From Chiloscyllium plagiosum (Eukaryota): a DNA stretch of 61,165 nucleotides. The translations under genes and the position numbers were made by a program. This document shows, piece by piece, positions 1-13,750 of this stretch (position 1 is its first letter; every line of letters begins with the position of its first letter). Where the stretch lies: the NCBI RefSeq assembly GCF_004010195.1, contig NC_057756.1, positions 3,267,824 through 3,328,988 of the forward strand. The letters are read 5' to 3'. Under the pieces are notes generated by a model that had not been told where the DNA came from, made no database searches, and worked only from the letters and a program-made list of their open reading frames with translations.

Positions 1-101
1 GGTGCAGATACGTCGGAGGCAGAGGAATTAAGGATATGGGATAGCATTTTTGCAGAAGAGTGGGTGGGAAGAGGTTTAATCCAGGTAGCTGTGCGAGTTG
101 G
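1..101 (-). mobile_element. Penelope-like element RT C-terminal (thumb) fragment, cut by window edge
   Basis: Minus-strand translation NSHSYLD*TSSHPLFCKNAIPYP*FLCLRRIC matches the PLE 'YLdy.SsHP...K.aIPysQflRlRRIC' motif; contains stops. Confidence 0.75.
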
Positions 102-2960
102 ACCACTCTCATCCACTATACTTATTTCCTGTTGCTCCTTCCAAGGGGAGTAACTTCACATTTTTCCACATTAAAATCGATTTCCCAGCTTTCAGCCCAG
201 GTTCTGAAGCTTATCAATGCCAATTTGTAACCTGAAACATCCTCGTGCATTGTCCACAACTCCACCGAGCTTCGTGTCATCTGCAAAATTGCTAACTCAT
301 CCTTCTACGCCCTCTTCAGGTCAAGTATGAGAATGATAAACAGCAGTGGTACGAAATTAGATAATTGCACGAGTAACTGAGCTCCGGGATAAACGTTTAC
401 AATTCACCATGATCCTCGGTAGGCTTTCAGCTAGCCACTTTCTGATCCTAACCTCTAAATCACCTTCAATCTCTTGCCTCTGTAACTTGGAGAATAGTCC
501 ACCGTGGGAAAGCTTATCAAACACCTTATTGAAATCCACAAAAACCACACCAACTGCTTTATGCTCATCCACTTGTTTGGTCAACGTGTAAAACAATGCA
601 CTAAGTTTTGTGAGGCACGACCTACCATTCACAAACTGTGTTGACTATTCCCGAATCAATTCATTCCTCACTTGATGATTCAAAATCCTGTCTCTTAATA
701 CCTTTTCCAAAATTGATCCACAATTGATGTAAGGCTCACTTTTCTATAAAGGTCAATTTTGTCAGCACTCCCCTTCTTCAGCATGGGATCATTTGTTTTT
801 CACCCAGTCTTCTGGCACAATGTACGCAGACAATGACTACATAATGATCAAAGCCAAAGGCTCTGCAATCTCCTCCGTTGCCTCCCAGAAAATCCTTGAA
901 TGAATCCTATCCGGCCAATGGGACTTAGCTATTATCACACTTTACAGAATTTCTAACGCGTCCTCTTTATGAACCTCAATGCCATCTAACATAGTAGCCT
1001 GCATTTTAGTATTCTCCTCGACAGCATTATTTTATTCTGGCTTGAGTACCGATGAAAATATTGTTTTATTGCTTCTCCTAGCTGTGCAGATTCCATGCTT
1101 CACTTCCCAGTACTGTCCTTGATTGGCCCTAATCTTAATTTAGTCATTCTTTTGTTCCTGATATACTTATAGAAAGCTTTAGGTATTTCCTTGATGCTAT
1201 TTGCCATCTCCGTTTCATCTCCCCTCCCCGCTCTTCTGAGTTCAGTTCTTATATTTTTTTCCTGGTTTGCTTGTAACTCTTAAGTGTCGTAACTGAGCCA
1301 TCACGTCTCATTCAAACATAAGCCTCAATCTTCCCCTTTATAAGAGTTTCAATTCCTGACTAATCCACGACTCTCTCACGCGACCACTTCTTCCCTGCCT
1401 GACACTTAAATGCTTATCAAGGACACGTCATAAGTGTTCCTTAAATAAGCACCAAATTTCAATTGTTCCCATCCCCTGCAGTTTCCTTCTTCATCGTATG
1501 CATCATTATTGTTACCTAATCGCATCATGATTGTCTTTCCCCAGTTATAATTCTTTTTCTGCGCTATGTACCGAGCCCTTTCCATCATAAAAATAAACAT
1601 AACCGAATTGCGGTCATGATCACCATAATGTTCACTGACCTCGAAATATAACATTTGGCTTGGTTTATTATCCAGTGCCAAATCCAATTTGGCCTCTTCC
1701 ATTGTTGAACGAAGACTGTGCCAACTAAATTATTCGAACTTCAGTATTTCCAGTCAATATTTGGAAAGTTAACGACACCCATAACAACTATCCTGTTACT
1801 GTAGCTCCTATCCAGAACACGTTTTTCAATCATTTCCCCTGCATCTCTGGAAGTATTTGGAAGCTGAAAGAAAACCCCCAACCAGCTGACGTCTCTTTCC
1901 CTGTTTCTAAGCTCAGCCCATTATTCGACGAGTTCTCAAACGTGCTTTCTACCACTATAATAATGTCTTTGAAGAACAATGCCACTCCAAGCCTTTTCAT
2001 CGCCTTTTGCATTCTTACTCAAACATCTAAATCACAGAACCTGAAATAACAATTACTGTCCCTGTCCCATCAATTTTTTTCCGAAATGGTCACAGCATCA
2101 AAGTTGCAGCAATCATGCTATAAGTTCAACAATCTTATTCCGGATTCTCCTGGCATTTAAGTAGACACACCTCAAACGACCTTCCTGCTTGTCGGTGCAC
2201 TCTTGCGACCTTGACCTTATATTTCTTATCACTCTGAAATTCCTTGATAGGGAAATTACAATTTCCATTCACGTCCCCTTGCTGAATGAGTTTAAACCAT
2301 CAAGAAGAACATTAGCATAAACCACCGCCCCTCCCCCAGGTTATTGGTACTCCTCTGGTGCTGGTGAACTCGGTCTTGTTTGTAGTGGGCCTACCTACCC
2401 CAGAATGAGCCTCGACTATCCAGATCTCCAAATCCCACACACCTGAGCTATATTTTTAACCACGTGTTCAACACCTCTCTCTCCCTATTCCTCACCTCAT
2501 TAGCACGTAACACGTGCAACAAACCGGAGACAATAGCTCTGATTGTTCTCGCTGCAAACGTCAACCCTAACATCCTGAATTTCTGGCTTAAGTCACCATT
2601 CCTTTTTCTACATATGTCATTAGTGTCCATGCATCCCACGAATTGTGGCTGCATCCATTTCCTCTCAATTATCCCAAAAACACGATTGAAGATATCAGGA
2701 ACCCTTAACCTGCGAGACAACACACAAACCGTAATTCTCTGTCCATTTAACTACCTCCTCCCCAATTACTAATGCTCTGTTCCTCTCTCCCTTTCCCTAT
2801 TGAAAAACAGGGACAGATTCTGGGCCAGAGTCATGTACACCATAGCTTACTTTCGATAAGTCGTCCCTGCGAATAGTATCCAAAATGTTATACTTGTTAT
2901 TCAGGGCAAAAACGACAGAGGATTACAGCACTCTCTGCCGGTTCTCTTTCCATCATTTAC
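102..2960 (-). mobile_element. Decayed CR1 LINE: ORF2 (endonuclease + RT) and ORF1 SGNH-esterase region
   Basis: ORF 357-632 GRSCLTKL...VFVDFNKVFDKLSHGGL...IRKWL (RT); ORF 1406-1702 LDL...DHDRNSV (APE endonuclease end); ORF 2448-2723 DTNDI...VSGLL (CR1 ORF1 esterase); many stops and frameshifts. Confidence 0.9.
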
Positions 2961-4484
2961 GACTTATTTATAAAAAACAAAAAGCGAAAAAATAAGCTTT
3001 TTAAAGTGACAGCATTATCTGAACACAAAATCTACTTTGGAAAACAGCAGTTCCATTTAACGTTCGATATTTCATTTAACATAAACAATGCATACCTACA
3101 CATCCTTTCAATTAGCAAACACTGTTCAAGATTAGTGATTGCAAGCCAAACTTGTCTGTTCTGTTATACAGAATTTTGCAGTAGCAATTAAAAGGCAGAC
3201 ATTTGATATTATTATACCTAAATGACAACAATCTATATTCAGTTGCACTGCTTTCGGAATTTCAGTGACAATCACGGTCAGGAAACGTCATGTAAAGTTG
3301 TTTGCACGTACCAATGTTCTCCCCCACTGAAACGCCATTCACTTGCCTTGCCTTGTCTCGAAGGAAAAGGCGCGCCTCTGCATCTTTTCGAATATAATAA
3401 ATCAAAACTTTACACGTGCAATCTTAGCAGATTTTTTTTTCCTTTCCAGACCATTAACTCTATGGCAGTCCCAATCTATGTTAGGAAAGTTAAAATCCTC
3501 TTCCATTATCATCCTATTATTCTTGTATATAGCTGCGATCAAATTATACATTTTCTTCTCAATTTCCCATTGATTACTCAGCAGTCTGCCACACAATCCT
3601 AATAGAACAAATATGTCTCTCTTTATTTTTCAGTTCTATTCAAATAACTTAAATGGATCATTCTCTGGAATATCCTCCCAAAATACAGCTATCTACTCAA
3701 CACCTTGCTCTTTTGCCACTATTTCTCAAATTCATTGAACATCTGTGCCCTTGAATTTTACTCTGCCAGTCTCGACCATCACTGAACCACGTCTCTTTAA
3801 ACCTTATGATTCCCCAGTCGCATGTTCCCAAAAATACCCTAAATTATTCTGCCTTACAGTCATGCCCCTTGCATAGAAATAAACGCAGTCAAAATTATGA
3901 GTACTAACTCGTTCCCTTCTTTGCACATGCCTGTTTTCACTGTTTAACTTACTCCTTTTCCTAACTGCACCAGGTTCTGACTAATCTATTTTGACCTTAT
4001 CGCTGTGTCTTCAAATGTTCTCCCACTTTTCTACGAGCAGCTCTCGCAAATCTATCCGCCTGTTTCTTCATCCCTTTCCAATTGACGTGCAACCCTGCTT
4101 TGCTTTACAGGTCACTTCCACCTGAAAACATTTTCCAATGGTCCAAAAATGCAAATCTTTCTCCACTGCACCAGCTCTGCAGTGATGCATTCACTTGACC
4201 TGTCCACTGAGGCATCCTTTACCCCAACATCAGGGACACAACACACCTCTCCCACGTCCCAGCATTGGAGAAAGAAACGTCTCTCTCTTCTTCTGACTGG
4301 AGAGTCCCTTACCATAATCGATCATTTGCTACTTGATATGCTACACGTTACTGTAGAACCAGTATCGGTCCAGAAACTTTGCTGTCGGTGTTACATTTTG
4401 CTTATAGTCCGAAAGGAGGCTACTTGCTTGGGTTGGAAATAGCCACTTTAAACTCCTGCATTATCTGGCTTACTCTCCCAGCTG

Positions 4485-4573
4485 AAAATGTGTTGCTGGA
4501 AAAGCGCAGCAGGTCAGGCAGCATCCAGGGAACAGGAGAAGCGACGTTTCGGGCATAAGCCCTTCTTCAGGAA
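4485..4573 (-). mobile_element. ~90-bp PLE pseudo-LTR fragment with a hammerhead motif, inserted in CR1
   Basis: Flanked by direct repeat TACTCTCCCAGCTG (4471-4484 / 4574-4587); same sequence as at 21739, 37998 and 60350. Confidence 0.8.
4543..4570 (-). ncRNA. Minimal type-I hammerhead ribozyme motif (type A)
   Basis: Minus strand CTGAAGA-a-GGGC-ttat-GCCC-GAAAC-GTC: CUGANGA core, 4-bp helix II, GAAA, GUC triplet. Confidence 0.7.
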
Positions 4574-5444
4574 TACTCTCCCAGCTGTCCTAGAGTTAAC
4601 ACATCTACCCGACTGTACCTATTGTTTTACTACTTACTTGAAATTATCATGCTAGCTCCTAAAATTATCATCACAACTCGTAGCTCCTCTTTATTGCCAC
4701 CAACTGCCGGGCCATTTTCTGCAAGTAATTCGATTAGATTCACAACAAAACACCTTGCCTGCAGACATGATCATTAGCAACTTTGCACTTCACCCCAATC
4801 TCCCACACCCAACAGAAAGGTCACGTCATTGGACTATGGTCCATCTTTGCTCCTCAACAATCTGCAGACTTATAAATAAACACAACCTTATACGCAAGGG
4901 CACTGCTCTTGGGTAACTTTGTATTCATAGTTTACATTTTCTTTTTTAAAAAAGACAGATCGTAATGAAGCCGATATTCAAGCAAAAAAAACGCAATGCT
5001 ACTCATTATTGTAGATATACTAACGAAAACCAGCAATATTACAATTCAAGAAAACAATTTGGTTGCTCCTCTGCTGCGAGCTCTAATCCTGCTTTCGCCA
5101 AAGTTCAGCCAGGAATTTCACTGTTTATTCATTTTCTTTGAAAGAACTTCGATGACCCTGAAATACTACCATTAACTTCAGAAGTGAATTCATCTATTAA
5201 TACGTGATAACATTAATATATAGAACACTAGCTGTTTTATTAGTGTAACAGAAATGCTTACAGTACCTGCCAGCGAACTTCTTCCTTCACTGCTGCTTCT
5301 TTTTTTCGTTTGCATAACCCTCTTGATTGACTGACCCACTGACTAATAACTTATAAATAAAAGGTAAAGGTGAGAGACTTAGAATAACCGGTACCAATTC
5401 ATGATATACATTTACGTACAACACTTTATCCATATTTCATATAA

Positions 5445-6272
5445 CTGGCGACTTCAATCAAGCCAATCCCGGAAAGGTGTTGCGCAAGTAACACCAGTAC
5501 ATTACATGCCCCACCAGGGGCTCGAACATTTTAGACCACTGCTGTACCATTGTGCAACATGCCTACCGCTCCATTCCACACGCTCTTCGCGGAAACTCCG
5601 ATCACAATGCCGTGTTTCTTCACCCATCTTACAGGCAAAAGCTCAAGCAATGGTCACCCACAACAAGATTTCTTTGACGTTTCATGTGGATTCACTGGTT
5701 ACAACGGCCCAACAACGTCTATTCTTCCTCAGTTGGCTGTGGAAGTTGGGCATGACGGCAAATACTCTTGCCAACGTTTACAGGTGTGTCATCGAGACCA
5801 TTCTGTCTGGAAATATCACTACCTCTATGAAATCCATACTATTCAAGATCGGAGATGGTTACAAAGTGTAGTGAACTCGGCGAGGACAATCACAAAGGCC
5901 CAGCTCCCATCCGCAGAATCCACCTACCAGGCTCGCTCTCATGGAAAGCCCACCAGTATTCTGAAAGATCGATCACACCCTGTCAAACCTTTTTTTTGTC
6001 TATCACCTCTATCTTCGGGGAAAAGTTCCAGGAGCCTGAACACACGCAGCAGCCAGTTTCGAAACGGTTTCTAACATACTGTCGTCAGAATACTGATAAC
6101 ATTCACAAAATCGTAACATTCGCCTGTACCTGTGTTTTTGGATTTGCCGCTGTTAACCCATTATTTACTTATATGTTCTACTACACTTATCCTCTGCCTG
6201 TATTGCTCGCAAGACAAAGCTTTAACAGTGCCTCGATGCACGTGATAACAAATTCAGTTCAATTCAATTCAA
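5445..6272 (+). mobile_element. Rex1/Babar-type LINE, internally deleted (endonuclease piece fused to C-terminus and 3' UTR)
   Basis: GDFNQAN...PTRG...ILDHC...NSDHNAVF endonuclease motifs at 5445-5640; then AQQRLFFLSWLWKLG...YRCVIETILSGNIT and RSLNTRSSQFRNGF (Rex1 C-terminus); (AATTC)n tail near 6251-6272. Confidence 0.8.
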
Positions 6273-8299
6273 ATATCCCTCCTTTGCATTCTTCATTTCT
6301 GACAGGAGATTCAACACATAGTTCAGTTGCTTCAGATTTCAGTTTGACTGGCATCTGAATTTCTGCGTACATCCTCAGCACATATGGACTTGACTTCTGT
6401 GATACATGTAAAATGCATGTTTGACATTGCGGACAATGGTGACTCCCAGAACTGTCGGTTTATAGATATCTCTATTTCAGTATAAATGCACATCATGTTC
6501 ACTTCCACTAAGTATTGCCTCCCGACTGCTGACTCCACAATTCACTTGTGAAAACAACGCCACAAATACAATTCTATTAATCAACTTGATTGCTTATCTA
6601 AAGCTCAAAAATTTAGTTCATTATCTTACTTAAAGTTCATCAAATACCATTTTTTCAATTCTTTTTCTTCAAAATCTTTCATTTACTAAGTCCGTTCATG
6701 CCAAATGTTCAATGGGGATATTTAGGTGTATCTTTCTTTTCTCCACAAGCAAACGTATCCAATGCTCTTTAAAAAGGAATCAAACAAAGAATTACAATTC
6801 AAACAGAATTCCATTGCCTCCTTAATCTTTCTCTGGCTGTGCTTATCTCCTCCACTCCTCTGCCCCTCACCCTCTCCATTTCCACTGTCTCTCTCGGGTT
6901 CTTTGTAGGGTATGGGAATCATTGGGTTAATGGTCCGGCTTCCACTAAATTGCTGTTTCAGCTTCTTTAAGTGTAATGTGTATCGGAAAAGCATATCACG
7001 CTTCTCCAAAACTCCAGAAGATAGATCATTACACTTTTCTGACTGGCTCTGGAGTTTGTAGACATGCTTAAACAACGGGCTTTAAATTCTTCAGTTTATT
7101 TGTTTCACTTTTTAAAAATATGTGATTCATGACCCAATTTGTGGTCAATTGTCTCTTCGAATGTGTGTTGGTGGATGTTATTTCAATCTTTATCTTTACT
7201 TTGGGCTTCAACCAGACGCATTGGCCGAAACAGTGAATAGTTATGCTAATGTGGCAGAGGATTCAAATCATGCTTCCTGCCCCGAAAAGGTTTTAATCTC
7301 AACCTTTCAACCATTGGGCGTAATCCTTTCATCGTTCGAACAATGCTTGGGTCAGCTCGAACATCATCTAATCAGATTACTGGACGTGCCCGGCCGTATC
7401 AGATGCGCAAATGTTAAACAGGTTATGAGTCGCCATTAATGGTGCTGACAGACTCTGGCATGGGAGAAGGGCTTGAAGCCAATAATACATTATTGAACTT
7501 GTGTACATGTTACTAACGAAAGCATGTGTACATTGGATTCAATGATTGTCAGACATAGCTTCATGGAGTCTTTGAATCATAAAATGTCAGTGCATGAAAA
7601 CAAAACCTTTTTTTCAGTCGTAACTATGAGAGTCATTAAAACGTCCATTTTCCAAAGTAACTTCACATGAGTTGACTCGGAGCATTGTCTGTCATGGCAC
7701 TTCAAGGGATTTTTAAAATACTTCTGATAGTGTGAAATGACACTTTCCTCCAGAATAATTTCAAGCAATGACCTCCAGATATACACATTTTTAATCCACC
7801 GGTAAACCACCTGCCATTGCCTTAAATTGTTGGCGCACTCACTCATTGCTGCTTTCAGCTAATTCGCAGCTTTCAATGCCATGTTGACAGAAACAAAACA
7901 AAAGTTATACCGATCTAATAATCTATACCTCTTATATTTTAAATGCATCATAATTTAAGCCATTCTTTCTCAATGGAGGAAACCTTGCTCGGATCAGTTT
8001 CTCATACAGGTAAATCTCGACAACACAGGAAACAACATGTGATATATTCTTTACATTCGCTCCGTGTAATCACGTGTATGTTGTCGATCTAAACTTCAGG
8101 CAGTACTGTAGCTCTGTCTGAAAATATCACTGTTTAAGATGCAAAATAACGACTCTGCAGTTATATTTAACGTCATAGTTAATAATGGAAGTACCTATAT
8201 ATAACGTCTTTGACAAGCACACAATACGTAACCTGGAACCTTATGCATTTAAGAAACAGTGAAGCTGCAAACCACATCGCTAATCATTGCGCAAGAATT

Positions 8300-10480
8300 G
8301 AGACAAAGATATCTACAGCACATTAAAAGGGCCACTAAACCCATTGAGTCAGCGCCAGTAAGAAGCAGAAAATGAATTATTTCTATTCAGATTTTTCAAC
8401 TTCAAAAGTGAACATTTATGCTTTTCTTAAATGATATGAGAATTTCTACCTCCATCACCCTTCTCAGCAATAAGCTCAACATTGCTATCTCTCCCTGAGG
8501 AAAAAGAAAAACGCACGTTTTCATATCCCACTTTAAGTGTCGTACTCATTTGCTCTGGTCCATATGCCAAGCACTAAATTATTACCAAGAACGATTGTTT
8601 TTCCCGTCTACCCGGCCTATGTCCTCAATGAATTGTATTCATCCCTACATACAGCCCCACCCCAATTCACCTGTGCTCCATGGAATTTCAATTATGTCAA
8701 TCCAATCTCTCTTCATTACTAAAACTCTCCAGCCCAGTCAATGTTAGGTAAATCTCCTCTGCATCTTCTTCGGTACAAAGACAAACATTCTAAAGTAAAA
8801 CTTCACAACTGCACACGGTATATTTACGTTGGGAAAACAGCATTTTAAACCTTTAGTTTTAATCATGGGTCGTCTTTATTCTTGAACTTCCCACAACTTA
8901 TTGCTTATTCCATTGCTGTTTTACTCCTCGCAGCATGTATTACTTAACACTTTTGACAATTAAATTTTATTTTCTTTTGAGTTACCTTTCAGAGCATAAC
9001 ATCTGTCTGCTTAAGTAGTCTAAGATCTTTATCGCACATTTTCAGCTTACCATAAACTTTAATTTTATCTTCAAACGTCCTATTCATATCACCTATATTA
9101 TTGATGGACAAGGCAAACAACATGGGACAGAGAACAGAAACTTTCAGTAGTCCACTGGGTGGAGATGCCCAGTCAGGAAAGTAATCTTTGACTGCCACAC
9201 TCTGCCTGGTGTCACGAAGAACAAATCTTCATCCAATTATATAAATTGGCCAGTATGCCATGGTTACTAACTTCATCACAAGTATCCCAAATTTAATTTG
9301 CAGGTCTTGACCAAAATCCAACTATACTGCATTCACGGTACTGTTTTCATGCGATAAACTCGTCATTTTAATGAAGAGCTCAAGAAATTGCTGAAACTTG
9401 GTTTTCACTTGACAATTTCATGCTGACTATCACTGAATACACGTTTTCTTTCAAATGGTGATTATGTTACACACTTCTTTTCCATTCTTTTTGCTACTTT
9501 GCATAGCTGCATCATGTATGCAGATCACATCCTACTTTGTAATGTCATCTACGGCCTTTGGGTCTTGTAGTTAGATTCACCATGAGTTGTATCATTTCTG
9601 CTATTATCCTGTGACAATGACGTGCTTTTAAAATGCATTTTGAGTTTGCTCTTTGATGATACCCGTCTTTTCTTTTTCATGTCTTTGCTTTCTGATGCTT
9701 GTTTTAAGGCATCTTTTCTGTCTTATATAACTGAATCACGTTTCGTCGCCTGAACACTCGGTTTCAAATATTTATTTTGGTGTTATTATTGTGTTAATTT
9801 TCTCGTTCGACAAAGTCTTTGGATTGCTTTGCTCTCTGGAATTTTCCTCTTCACAAGAACACTTTGCTCCTGCAACGTTTGTATCTCTTTTTAAAACTTC
9901 TGGTAATAGATTATGCATATCGCGTGTTGTTTCATTCCATGACTACCTTAAAACCTATGAGTAAAACTGATATCACTGTAAACTTTCTCAAGTGATTGAA
10001 CTGCGACATCCTGGGTTTGTACAATAAAATGTCTAGCATTGCTTCTAATTTTGTTCGAACTTTCAAATGTTTCTTCGCAGGTTTCCTGTTTACATCTTAT
10101 GGACCCACTCCACTTATCCTCTCCACGAGCCCTTCACTATTTTTGAATTATAGTTAACTTGAGTGCATTTAAATTTTTCCTCTTGTATATGAATACTTCT
10201 TCGAAATTTGTGGCATCTCTGACTTATTTTCTCTTCCTGATTGACTGATGTCCTAATTTATGCTTCCATCAATATGATTTGTCTTCTTTTATTCAGTACA
10301 TTTATCTCATTGCACCTCAATTCTTCAAACGTCGATGAGGCGAGCACTGCTGATTGCTATCATTGTTTTCTTGATTCATACTGCAACCCTTCTTCCACAA
10401 AAGGACAGCAGTGTTCCACGAACGTAAGTTCTTCTTTTCTGCACAAATGGTTTGCCCTGAATTCCAACACTTAGTAACAC
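8300..10480 (-). mobile_element. Highly decayed CR1-clade LINE
   Basis: ORF 8989-9198 DWASPPSGLLKVSVLCPMLFALSINNI...FEDKIK resembles SGVPQGSVLGP.LF..YIND...FADDTK; boundaries vague. Confidence 0.6.
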
Positions 10481-10519
10481 CTCAGTTTGATTTTTAATAT
10501 CAAACATTCAGGAATGGAT

Positions 10520-11530
10520 ATCAAGAATAAGTAAGATTCGGTCTCTTGACCAAAAAAAGAGAAGATACAGACTCTTTTAGAGCACAATGGCAGCAAAACT
10601 TTATTATGTTGTTATTAAGGAAGTAATGAAAATTAATACTAGAGATGTGTAATGTGTTTTTTCGACAAGAAGATTTTTCAAGTCCTTTCATCATAAGCTG
10701 CAGTAGAAGAAGTCACATCAATTCAGGTTGACACTGGCATGTTGGACAAGCAATTGGTTTGGTTATAGAATCAGAGTATAGTTATGGATTTGTACTTATC
10801 CGTTCGGAATTGATTGACTTATGGTGATCCGCCAGAATCAGAGATGCTATTTACGAAAATTGTTGCAATTGTAGGTAGTGTGAAAAACTGTCAGTGTATA
10901 TAGCAGATATTTAAGCAGATAGAGAGTAAAGTGGAGAAATGCAAATTCGAGATTAATATGAAGAGCCGTGTTTGGGAGGTCACATGCTAGTGAAGAGTAT
11001 TCAGGAAAATACATGACCCCAAGACTGTTGTTGTGTAGAGAAGTCCTGCACTACAACTCAAAGGTTCACTTAATGTGACAACACAAATTGCATAAATTGG
11101 TGAATCAGGAGTATGGCAAGCTTGTTTTCATCACTTGGTGCATTATATATAAAAGTTGTAAGTCACATTGGCCCTGCTTAAGTTTTTATTTAATTCATTT
11201 TTGGAACATTTTGTACAGTGTCAATCACCACAGAATAGGAAGGATGTGGGCACTTTGTGGAGAGTTCAAAAATGTTTTATAAAGACGTTGCCTTGACTGG
11301 AGTTTAAAAGCTATCAGAAGAGATGGAAAAAAATTAACTGTTTTGGCTACAGTGTTAGACGCTGAGGGGTGTATTAATAGAAATAAGTAAACTTGTGCTT
11401 TGCATGAAAAGTTTGCACAGTCGGAGGTTTTTCTCAGAGTGGAACCACCAAATATTCAAGAAATGGTTCAAATGGGGACAGTGGAACAAGATGTCTGAGG
11501 CAACCTTTGCATGCAGAAGTGGTAGATGCC
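10520..11530 (+). mobile_element. Highly decayed CR1 RT/3' fragment
   Basis: Residual CR1 ORF2 C-terminal similarity, e.g. IHFWNILYSVNHHRIGRMWAL corresponding to the RPHLEYCVQFWSP region. Confidence 0.5.
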
Positions 11531-12519
11531 AAAATGAAGAAAGCATATCTTCCCAAATGTGTCCTTCCTTCTTTTCTTCTCATTTATTTCCCCTTATCGC
11601 AATGAAATCTACCAGATTTTCTATTTGATTTCATATAGATTCAAATGTAATGATACTGAATGCTTCACGGCAAATTTAGAAGTGCATGTTCTACATTGAA
11701 ATATTGTAGACATGGTTCATGCATGAATATTTGGAAGCCATCATGAAATTGCAACAGCCGTTCAGATTTTCCACATTTCTATTTTTGAATATGTGTTCGT
11801 TGTTACCGTTATTGAGATACATTTAATCCGTAGCAGGTTGTGGAAGTATATCTGGCATTGCAGCGATTTTTGTTTTTACAACAGAGAAAGGTCACTTCGC
11901 TACATTGGAGGACAAGCATACACATGCCTATTGATGAAGAAAAAGATGGTCATCAGTGATAACAAGAAATGGATACTTTACACGTACTCAGATTTCTACA
12001 ATTCATTTACAGGTTCGCAATTGCTGACAAAGGATGAAGGTAAATATTACAGCAAGGATTCAGATTGAAAAAAGTGCTTGTGAAATACGACATCACTCAA
12101 TTAAGAACACGTGTGAAGTTTTATTTTAATGGACATTAAAATTGGAAGTATTATACAACGGGCTGACAGCAATTCACAATTGGAAAGTGTGCAGATTCCT
12201 TGACATTTTCCAAAACATATTGCTCAGAAAGTCATTTATTAGTGATATCAATAGTTTTTTAAAAAAACTTAAGTCTATTAATCTTTTCTGACAGTGATCC
12301 GAAAACTGATTGAGCTACATGAAATTGCAGGTGATATGAAATATGTTATATAGTCATTGTCTTTCCAAAAAAGAAATATTGTTTGTAAGGATTATTGGGG
12401 AAAAAACTCAGACATAGAGTTAAATCAAAAATGATCAAATAGCAAATGCAAAAAAAAAAATATAAGGATGTAAATGATTGCAATTGAAAAAAAAAATCAC
12501 ATTACGCTACGTTATCATC

Positions 12520-12670
12520 CATCGAGTTCATTTGGAAGTACTATCTTTCGGAGATCTACTTCTTCATCAGGTGGCTGTGGAACAGTGCCATAAGACACAG
12601 AATTTATCGCAAAATCTTATAGAGTCATGACTTAGTCCACCTCAGTCGAACACCGGTTTCTCCACGTTAT
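12520..12670 (-). mobile_element. PLE terminal fragment with a degenerate hammerhead motif (type D)
   Basis: Minus strand cac-CTGATGA-agaagtagatctcc-GAAAG-ata-gta at ~12540-12573; related to 34335-34445. Confidence 0.55.
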
Positions 12671-12849
12671 GTTTGCAGCGTACAAGATAAGAATCAAATG
12701 TGTCTTGCAGGTGTGCAAGAGTCTCGTATATCGTATATCATAGCTACACGCTTCAAAAATAATAACAAGATGACGCAGAATGAGAAATGATTTGAGGCAA
12801 GATAATCATGCTTCGGAGATCTATTTGAATTCTCCAGCGTTGAATAGTT

Positions 12850-13750
12850 AGAATACGTGAAATGGAGACTGTAGATATGGGCTGTTTATACTTGGAGAAG
12901 TTTTTGCAGAAGACTCACCTGAGAGAATATTTTGTAAAATTAGAGCACATTGAATTGAATGTACTGCATTTGAATGAATATAAAACTGCTTTGCAGGAAG
13001 GATACAAACAGTAGGAATGAACAGGTATCTTTTCTGAGTGACATGCAGTGGCTAGTGGGGTATCACACGGATCGGTGATAGAAGCTTTACTGTTCACAGA
13101 TTATGCTAATGACATGTTGAGGGAACTAAAGTGTCATATCTCGAAGCTTGCAGGTATCGCAAAGCTGGTGGGAGGGTTCTTGTGAAGAGGATGAAGATGT
13201 GCTTCATTGTGATTTGCACAACCTTAGTAAATGTGCCAATGCTTGGCAGATGCAGTATAATGTCGATAAAGATTAGGTTATCCACTTTGGAAAATATGAA
13301 GAGGTGATGCATAATTAACAAAAAGGTTATGTTTTAAGACGGGATGGGACTGCAAGGAAATATGAGTGCATTCACACTGCACTCACTGAAAATATGCATG
13401 CTGGCATAGCAGGTGTCAACACAGCACATGCTTTGCTTGTCTTCATAATAAGATTGTGAGAATGCAGGAGCAGGTACGTTTTGTAGTTAGTGTACAGGGT
13501 CTTGTGTGAAAATATGTGAAATGTTGCATGGAGTTTGGTCTCATTATCTGAGAATGAACGTTCTTGCTTAATAGGAATGGGGTAATGGTTTACAGCGTGA
13601 TTTCTGATAGCACATGACTTCTCTATAAGGAAAGACTGAGTTAATTAGTATTGTCTTTACTTGAGTTCAGAAGAATAAGAATGAATCTCAACGAAACCTA
13701 CAAAATTCTATACTCGGACAACTGGTCAGGTTTGTTGTCGGTCGGATATT
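12850..13750 (+). mobile_element. Decayed CR1 RT fragment
   Basis: agtggggtatcacacggatcggtgata = SGVSHGSVI (SGVPQGSVL); downstream W.M.YNVDK...IHFG-like sequence. Confidence 0.65.

Larger units (their letters stand above)
3390..4850 (-). mobile_element. Decayed CR1 LINE 5' part (ORF1 zinc finger/esterase and start of the ORF2 endonuclease)
   Basis: ORF 3402-3596 EDFNFPNIDWD (GDFNFP motif); ORF 4112-4315 VRDSPVRRRERRF (GDS.VR esterase block); Cys-rich CWVWE...DHVCR near 4750-4810. Confidence 0.8.
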
